Assembly (NCBI GenBank): GCA_963791755.1
Contig: CAWBTK010000005.1
Coordinates: 100,508 to 164,507, forward strand
Direction of reading: 5' to 3'
Length of the DNA: 64,000 bases
Origin: an uncultured Planctomycetaceae bacterium
GTDB taxonomy: Bacteria; Planctomycetota; Planctomycetia; Pirellulales; PALSA-1355
Below are positions 58,352 to 64,000 of the stretch, in pieces. The notes under the pieces are model-generated. The model did not search any database and was not told the origin of the DNA. It saw nothing but the letters and a program-made list of their open reading frames with translations. A program made the position numbers and the translations under genes. The stretch's first letter is position 1; the number at the start of each line of letters is the position of its first letter.

Positions 58352-58650
58352 CTACTCGCCCGTGTGGCTCGACGCGCGAGCCACGGCCTGTTCCGCCTCG
58401 TGCCAGAATCGCTGATCGCGAAGACATGCGGTGTCCACACAAGGGTGGAAGGCCTCCGTCAAAATACCGTTGCAGATCGTGAACCAGACGTCACTATCCG
58501 CGCCGATGGCAGTCCCGACGCCCGTCTTTGGGGCCGGCGCCAAAAGGCCGACGCGCCCGGCGCACCGGGCGCTTGACGTGCGGTCCAGTGGGGTGCTCGG
58601 TTCCCGGCCGCTTCAGGTTTACGTTGGAACTGCCCGTGTGGAGCGTTCAT
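58352..58650 (-). pseudogene. glycoside hydrolase family 15 (glucoamylase-like) N-terminal remnant: 1-nt deletion near 58541, truncated after ~100 codons
   Basis: ORFs 58459..58650 and 58352..58543 join as MNAPHGQFQRKPEAAGNRAPHWTARQAPGAPGASAFW|APAPKTGVGTAIGADSDVWFTICNGILTEAFHPCVDTACLRD... This matches the conserved GH15 N-terminus (APG.PG...W....K.GVGTA....S.VWFT...G.L.E.yyP..D....RD). The stop is at 58352, directly before the ThDP-enzyme gene. Confidence 0.6.
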
Positions 58651-59808
58651 GATGTGAACCTTGTCTGCCGCTCACGGCTTGCCGCCTGACCCGAAGGGCG
58701 GCGTTTTTTTGCCAACGGCTCTTCGGTCGAAAGGGATTGTCCGATCGCCGCGAGCCCCAGCAATCCAGCGACACCTGTCACACCGCCGACGATCGAACGG
58801 GTCCAGAACTTCCCGCTCTTGCTGGTCAGGGCGCCCATGCGCCGGCGGCAACGGCCGTAAGCATCAGACCAACGCGGTGCTGGCTGGCCCAAAACTGCAA
58901 GCTGTTCGGATGCGCCCGGTCGTCGAAATCTCCCCGCGCACCGTAGTCGACCTCCTGGTCGACCGGCTCGTAGAGATTATTCTCCCGCCCGGCGTCTCGA
59001 CGACCGTCATACTGCTGCGAGTCATAACCGTGCTGAGCCAAATAGCGGTCACCGAATCCGGGCGCCACCTTGTTGCCCTCGACGACCACCACCGTGGAAG
59101 CCCCCACGAACCACTCGCGCCGGTAATGATGTGCGGCGTGATAAATTGCCGCGGCCGCCACTTCCGGTTGGAAAATCGGCGGAACCGGTTGCGGCTTGCG
59201 CGGAAGCCGGCTCTTCACCCAATCGAACTGGGGAGTGTTCAACGCCGGCATCTGCACGATGGTGATGCGAACATTGCTTTGGTCGTGCAGCAGCTCGCAC
59301 CGCACGGACTCCGTAAAACCCTGAATCGCGTGCTTCGCTCCGCAGTATGCCGACTGCAAGGGAATGCCTCGATAGGCAATGCCGAACCCACCTGGATAAT
59401 CGTGCCGCGGTCGCGCGGCAGCATCCGTTTGAGCGCGGCCAGCGTGCCATGCACGAAACCCAGGTAAGTCACTTCCGTAACTCGCTTGTAATCGGCGGCG
59501 GTCATCTCCCGGGCCGGCGAAAAGACCGAGCACATGGCGTCGTTGATCCACGCGTCGATCGGGCCCAGCTGGCTTTCAACAGCGTCGGCTGCCGCTTCTA
59601 CTTCGTCGGCACTGGACACGTCGGTCGGCACAACCAGAGCCTTTCCTCCAAGCGATTCGACGTCGCGTCGAGCACCCTCCAGTCCGGCACGACCGCGGGC
59701 GAGCAGCGCGACGCTCGCCCCCCGGCGGGCAAACTCGCGCGCGGTCGCTCGACCCACGCCGGCCGAGGCGCCTGTAATCACTACGACTTGCCGGCGATTG
59801 TTTGCCAT
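58647..59808 (-). CDS. SDR-family oxidoreductase with hydrophobic C-terminal extension; 1-nt deletions near 59377 and near 58836-58840
   Basis: ORF 59239..59808 (MANNRRQVVVITGASAGVGRATAREFARRG) joins ORF 58826..59551 (...GSAL|AYRGIPLQSAYCGAKHAIQGF: YxxxK). The tail is in ORF 58647..58892 (GALTSKSGKFWTRSIVGGVTGVAGLLGLAAI). The final TGA overlaps the ATG of the GH15 remnant (ATGA at 58647-58650). Confidence 0.75.
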
Positions 59809-60454
59809 CTGCTGCCATCCTCACGGGTCACGAAGGAGATTGCATTTGGCGTTGCAAAGCCTGTTCCCAACGGGCGCGGTCGCGTCGCGCGCTACGCGCG
59901 TGAATGTTGGGCAGGGCGCGTGCGCGACGGTTCGCAGGCCGCCGGAAGTCCGAGTCATACGTTCGCTTCAGACGATTAATCGCGTTGAGACCGCTGCCGC
60001 GTTTATCGGATAATTAATTTTTCGTCAGCGTGAAATGCAAGCGGTAGTTCGTGTGTTCCGGTTGTTCGCGATCGGGTCGCGATGAGCGGATGGCGTTCAT
60101 GGCCGCGCGTGGAAACCAGTCAAGCGCGTTTTTGAAAGCGCGGGAGCTTTTAACGCCTCGTTCCATGAGACTTTCTTTTTGCGGTCTTGGCCTTCCCATG
60201 TTTCGAAGCAGAATTTCCAAACTCGACGAAAAAATACGACGCACCTGGATGGCGAGGTTCACTCCCTAAGATTTGCCGACAGATCCGTTCAGCCGTTGCC
60301 AGGTCTCCCGACGCGTTGGCGGCCGATGCTGCTTGAAAAGCTTCAACCACGGCAAATAGATCTCCCTAAAGCATCGTCCGGATCGCGAAGCGCGCCGCCC
60401 CGAAAACCCTGCCAGCGCGGTTACGGCGTCCCGGCCGCCCGTGCCGCGCAGTTA

Positions 60455-60685
60455 CTACTCGAACGAAGCGGAATCCTTGACCAGCCATTTCTCGCCGCCG
60501 ACTTCGACCACGTCGTCCGGGGCCAGCTTTCGGCGCCGACGCGTTTCCACCTCGCCGTTCACTTTGACGTCTCCGCCCTGGATCATCACCTTGGCATGGC
60601 CGCCGGTCTCGGCAATCGAACTCAATTTCAGAAACTGATCGAGGCAAAGGCCTCGCGCCTTGGGAACGGTCTCGTCGCTGGACAC
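60455..60685 (-). CDS. S4-domain RNA-binding protein (YbcJ-like)
   Basis: GTG at 60685 within ORF 60455..60967: ...LCLDQFLKLSSIAETGGHAKVMIQGGDVKVNGEVETRRRRKLAPDDVVEVGGEKWLV. Confidence 0.75.
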   Translation of the reverse strand: MSSDETVPKARGLCLDQFLKLSSIAETGGHAKVMIQGGDVKVNGEVETRRRRKLAPDDVVEVGGEKWLVKDSASFE

Positions 60686-60714
60686 GAATATTCTCGATGA
60701 AGAGGGAGAGGGAA

Positions 60715-61209
60715 CTAGGCCGTCGTCTCCGCCAAAAGCGGTAACAGATCTTTCTCGATGCGCTCGGCGCCGGCATTGGGCGCATACCGTGCTTTCACAG
60801 CCCCGTGGCGATCGATCAGGAACTTGGTGAAATTCCATTTGATCGCCTTGCTGAACAGCATGCCGCGGCGAGCGGACTTCAAGAAATCGTAGAGCGGATG
60901 CGCCGCGGCTCCATTGACCTTGATCTTGGCAAACAGCGGAAACGTCACGTCGTACTTGAGCCGGCAAAACTGCTTGATTTCGGCCTCATCGCCCGGCTCT
61001 TGATGACCAAACTGATCGCAGGGAAATCCCAAAACCGCAAAGCCCTCGGCTCGATGCCTTCGAAACAGCGCCTCGAGTTCGGCGTATTGTGGCGTGAACC
61101 CGCACTGGCTCGCCACGTTGACGATCAACAACGCCTGGCCCCGGTAGGCATCGAGCGACTGCTTGTGGCCGTCGATGGTCGTGACCTGAAAGTCGTACAG
61201 ACTTGTCAT
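60715..61209 (-). CDS. glutathione peroxidase (Cys-type)
   Basis: ATG at 61209: MTSLYDFQVTTIDGHKQSLDAYRGQALLIVNVASQCGFTPQY...LGFPCDQFGHQEPG...IKWNFTKFLIDRHG. Confidence 0.9.
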   Translation of the reverse strand: MTSLYDFQVTTIDGHKQSLDAYRGQALLIVNVASQCGFTPQYAELEALFRRHRAEGFAVLGFPCDQFGHQEPGDEAEIKQFCRLKYDVTFPLFAKIKVNGAAAHPLYDFLKSARRGMLFSKAIKWNFTKFLIDRHGAVKARYAPNAGAERIEKDLLPLLAETTA

Positions 61210-61483
61210 CTCTTCTCTCTCGGGATAGATCTGGACATTATAACGGCCAGTCGCCCGGGCTTGCGTGGTCGCCGAAGCCCGCTCGGTCGGGCTGCCAGTA
61301 AGGCTCAAACCTGGCCTGCGTGGTTCCAATTCCACCATATTCCTGACGATTAAGCGGTATGAGAGCGATGGCACGCAATATGCAATACCCTTTGGCATGA
61401 ATCGATTAGGCATGAATCGATCGACTTCGGCAACGCCGAAAGTCGCCGCTGGTCAAAAATTCTCTCAACCGAGGAGCATTGAA

Positions 61484-61612
61484 ATGGAAATGGTCATGCA
61501 GGGTCCGGTGGTAATCGCGGCGGCAGGCTATTCATTGGTCTATTTGTTGGCTGGCGGCGGCTTTTTTGGCGCGCTAGTCATCTTCGTCGTTGCTAAAATG
61601 CTGGGCAAGTAG
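61484..61612 (+). CDS. small hydrophobic protein (42 aa), hypothetical
   Basis: ATG at 61484, 7 nt after GAGGAG: MEMVMQGPVVIAAAGYSLVYLLAGGGFFGALVIFVVAKMLGK. Confidence 0.35.
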   Translation: MEMVMQGPVVIAAAGYSLVYLLAGGGFFGALVIFVVAKMLGK

Positions 61613-61730
61613 GCTCCGCACCGGCTCGACTGAGCCGCCGAGTGCGGTAAGCAAGACAGCATTACCGCACTCGGCGCCGGGGCGAAATTATACGGCGGCG
61701 CCCAACGGCCAATACAGGTCTAATCGACAG

Positions 61731-63383
61731 ATGGGCTTGACCGAGTACCGCCGCAAACGCGACTTCAATGTCACTTCCGAGCCGCGCGGCAGCAAAGCCA
61801 CCTCCAAGGCGCGGCTCGGTTTCGTCATCCAGAAACACGCCGCATCTCATTTGCACTACGACTTCCGCTTGGAACTCGGCGGCGTGCTTTTGAGTTGGGC
61901 CGTGCCCAAGGGCCCATCGCTCGATCCGGCCGTCAAAAGATTGGCGATGCGTGTCGAGGATCACCCTGTTGAATATGGGAGCTTCGAAGGCATCATACCC
62001 AAAGGGGAATATGGAGGAGGCACCGTCCTGCTTTGGGACCGCGGAACCTGGGAGCCGATTGGGGACGCCAAGAAAGGACTTCAGGAGGGTAGCCTGAAGT
62101 TCACTCTCCACGGCGAGAAATTGCACGGCGGCTGGATGCTTGTCCGGCGCGGGGGCAAACATGGCGACCCGGACGAGCGACACTGGTTCTTGTTCAAAGA
62201 GCGTGACGAATTCGCCGACGCCTCGTCGGACGTGACCTCCACGATGCCCCTGAGCGTCGCCACGGGCCGTGACTTAAGCGAGATCGCCCGCAGCGCCGAT
62301 CGCGTCTGGGGCCCGAACGGTGAGGTTGCCGGCGGGCGAAAGATCAAAGCCGAAAGCGTAAAGTCAACGGCCGGTCCCAAGCGGCCTGGCACCAAGCCAC
62401 CGTCAGCGATGACGACCACGGCACGCGCTAAAACGGCGAGCCGAACACGTGCCTCCCTTAAAGGAGCGAGCAAGAAAGCCAAGGACAGCAAGAGCGAAGT
62501 TGCCGGAGTGGAACTTTCGCATCCGGGAAAGATCCTCTATCCGGGCGATGACATTACTAAACTTGATCTGGCTCAGTACTACCAGCAAGCCGCGGATTGG
62601 ATGCTGCCGCTGGTGGCCGATCGGTTGATTTCGCTGGTGCGGTGCCCGGCCGGCAGCGGCCAAAAATGCTTCTTCCAAAAACACCCTGGCGAGGGCGGTT
62701 TCGGTGGTCTTCGTCGCTACGCGGTGCGCGAGAAGGCCGGTACCGAAGAGTATCTGGTCCTTGGCGGCGTCTCGGACCTCATTTCGCTGGTTCAAATGAG
62801 CGTACTCGAGATTCATGTGTGGGGATCACGGGCCGATCGGATCGAGAAGCCCGATCGGCTTATTTTTGATCTCGACCCTGGCGAAGACGTCGAATGGCCG
62901 CGCGTCGTTGTGGCGGCCAAGGAAGTACGACTCCTGCTCGAAGAACTGGGACTCGAGTCGTTTCTGAAAACGACCGGCGGCAAGGGATTGCACATCGTCG
63001 TGCCCATTCAGCGGCGCACGAGCTGGGAAGACGCTAAAGCATTCTGCCGAGCCGTTGCCGACTTGATGGTCGCCGCGGCGCCCGACCGATACATCGCCAC
63101 GATGAGCAAAGCTGCCCGCAAGGGAAAAATATTCGTCGATTACCTGCGGAACGATCGCGGGGCCACGTCCGTCGCGCCCTATTCGACGCGGGCTCGCAAG
63201 GGCGCCACCGTTAGCGTTCCGATTGCGTGGGATGAATTGAACGCTCGTCTGCGTTCAGACCATTTCACGGTCGACAACGTGCCCGCGCGGCTGGCCAAAC
63301 TGAAAAGAGACCCCTGGGCTGACCTGCCGAACGTGCGGCAGTCGATTACCGCCTCGATGGTTCGGCGGCTGAAGCTATCGTAG
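61731..63383 (+). CDS. ligD: LigD-type NHEJ protein with 3'-phosphoesterase and polymerase/primase domains but no ligase domain
   Basis: ATG at 61731. PE domain: MGLTEYRRKRDFNVTSEP...FVIQKHAASHLHYDFRLELGGVLLSWAVPKGPS...GGGTVLLWDRGTW. Then a basic low-complexity linker. Pol domain: LSHPGKILYP...RLIFDLDPGEDV...FLKTTGGKGLHIVVP...IFVDYLRNDRGATSVAPYSTR. Confidence 0.85.
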   Translation: MGLTEYRRKRDFNVTSEPRGSKATSKARLGFVIQKHAASHLHYDFRLELGGVLLSWAVPKGPSLDPAVKRLAMRVEDHPVEYGSFEGIIPKGEYGGGTVLLWDRGTWEPIGDAKKGLQEGSLKFTLHGEKLHGGWMLVRRGGKHGDPDERHWFLFKERDEFADASSDVTSTMPLSVATGRDLSEIARSADRVWGPNGEVAGGRKIKAESVKSTAGPKRPGTKPPSAMTTTARAKTASRTRASLKGASKKAKDSKSEVAGVELSHPGKILYPGDDITKLDLAQYYQQAADWMLPLVADRLISLVRCPAGSGQKCFFQKHPGEGGFGGLRRYAVREKAGTEEYLVLGGVSDLISLVQMSVLEIHVWGSRADRIEKPDRLIFDLDPGEDVEWPRVVVAAKEVRLLLEELGLESFLKTTGGKGLHIVVPIQRRTSWEDAKAFCRAVADLMVAAAPDRYIATMSKAARKGKIFVDYLRNDRGATSVAPYSTRARKGATVSVPIAWDELNARLRSDHFTVDNVPARLAKLKRDPWADLPNVRQSITASMVRRLKLS

Positions 63384-63790
63384 CTCCGTTTTGGTCTCGT
63401 CGTGTCGTGAAATGAAACAGGTCGCGCGCGACGCACGCCGTCATCCAAACGGTTGACCTCGGGCTCTGAAAGACGCCCACCCCGCAGAGTATTTCTCTCA
63501 CCCTGATGCTGGCAAGGCCCCTCCTTTGACGCGGACACCCCTCGCCTTGCCCAACCTGCGCGGGCGCGACCAGACCGACAATTTCCCTGCCAACGATGAA
63601 CCAGCACCACAGTCCTGGCAGACCCCGGCCTGATGGGAAAGTCCCGTGGCGGGGGCGAGTCGCGACGTTGCCCGCCTCGCACTAACACTTGGCATGAGGG
63701 TTGCACTGTACAGGCTTATGATCCCGTGCGGAGCTCGGCGTCAAATAGGTTCTGTAAGGCCTCGACAACGTTCATAAGGAGCAACTTAAG

Positions 63791-64000
63791 ATGGTCAATC
63801 AACAAACCCTTGCCGGCAACTGGAACGAGCTTCGTGGGAAGCTGCAACAGAAATGGGGCAAATTGACGGACGATGACCTGCGTGCATTCAACGGCAACGT
63901 CGACCAGTTGGTCGGGCGCATCCAGCAAAAGACTGGCGAGTCGCGCCAGGCGATCGAGTCGTTCCTCGACCAGCTTTCCGCCGAAGGTTCCGGTATTGCC
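63791..64000 (+). CDS. CsbD-family stress protein (3' end runs off the window)
   Basis: My own translation from the ATG at 63791 (AAGGAG 9 nt upstream): MVNQQTLAGNWNELRGKLQQKWGKLTDDDLRAFNGNVDQLVGRIQQKTGESRQAIESFLDQL... It is absent from the ORF track because there is no stop in the window. Confidence 0.8.
   Translation, partial: MVNQQTLAGNWNELRGKLQQKWGKLTDDDLRAFNGNVDQLVGRIQQKTGESRQAIESFLDQLSAEGSGIA

Noticed and set aside
63179-63706. Minus-strand 175-aa ORF overlapping the end of ligD and the following spacer.
   Set aside because: It overlaps ligD by ~200 nt in antisense. Its composition is Arg/Gly-rich with no motif or RBS. The spacer more plausibly holds the csbD promoter.
1-64000. Programmed ribosomal frameshifting or transcriptional slippage as an explanation for the many frame breaks.
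   Set aside because: The sites share no slippery heptamer or downstream structure, go in both +1 and -1 directions, and hit unrelated housekeeping genes. Random indels, whether assembly errors or decay, are the simpler explanation.

Overview
This is visibly GC-rich chromosomal DNA. Its gene content looks like Planctomycetota (Pirellulales-like): a DUF1559 prepilin-type protein, DUF1080, a TPR-sulfotransferase, a PEP-CTERM protein, a small Cys-rich lipoprotein, and a 2227-aa secreted protein starting with an 'LEPLEDRKLL' motif. I can support about 55 protein genes, one tRNA-Ala(CGC), two intrinsic terminators, a few sigma70-like promoters and two tandem-repeat arrays. I found no rRNA, CRISPR array or intact mobile element. 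Metabolic content includes a GMC oxidase plus aldehyde dehydrogenase divergent from eutBC, glgX, prpB-prpC and xylB. There is also a five-gene operon: ThDP enzyme, mandelate-racemase-type enolase, ~1000-aa FAD/Fe-S oxidase, sensory-rhodopsin-transducer homologue, DUF296. Five things deserve a second look. (i) The giant beta-helix surface protein with 7 tandem modules, its adjacent PEP-CTERM gene, and a neighbouring uncharacterised envelope-glycoconjugate operon. (ii) An orphan Flp pilin gene whose 3' end is a 15-bp (GSASS) microsatellite; one 16-nt and one 14-nt unit expose in-frame TAG stops. (iii) The 2-hydroxyacid-type operon carrying a sensory-rhodopsin-transducer homologue with no rhodopsin gene nearby. 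(iv) A frameshifted, truncated integrase relic next to tRNA-Ala, and a truncated GH15 gene. (v) About 24 single-base indels, several in short homopolymers, plus one in-frame TGA, all interrupting conserved genes. These are most likely consensus errors of the assembly; if real, they mean extensive pseudogenisation. The supplied ORF track renders GTG and TTG starts as M, so I re-picked several start codons. Indel positions are approximate, to within a few bases.
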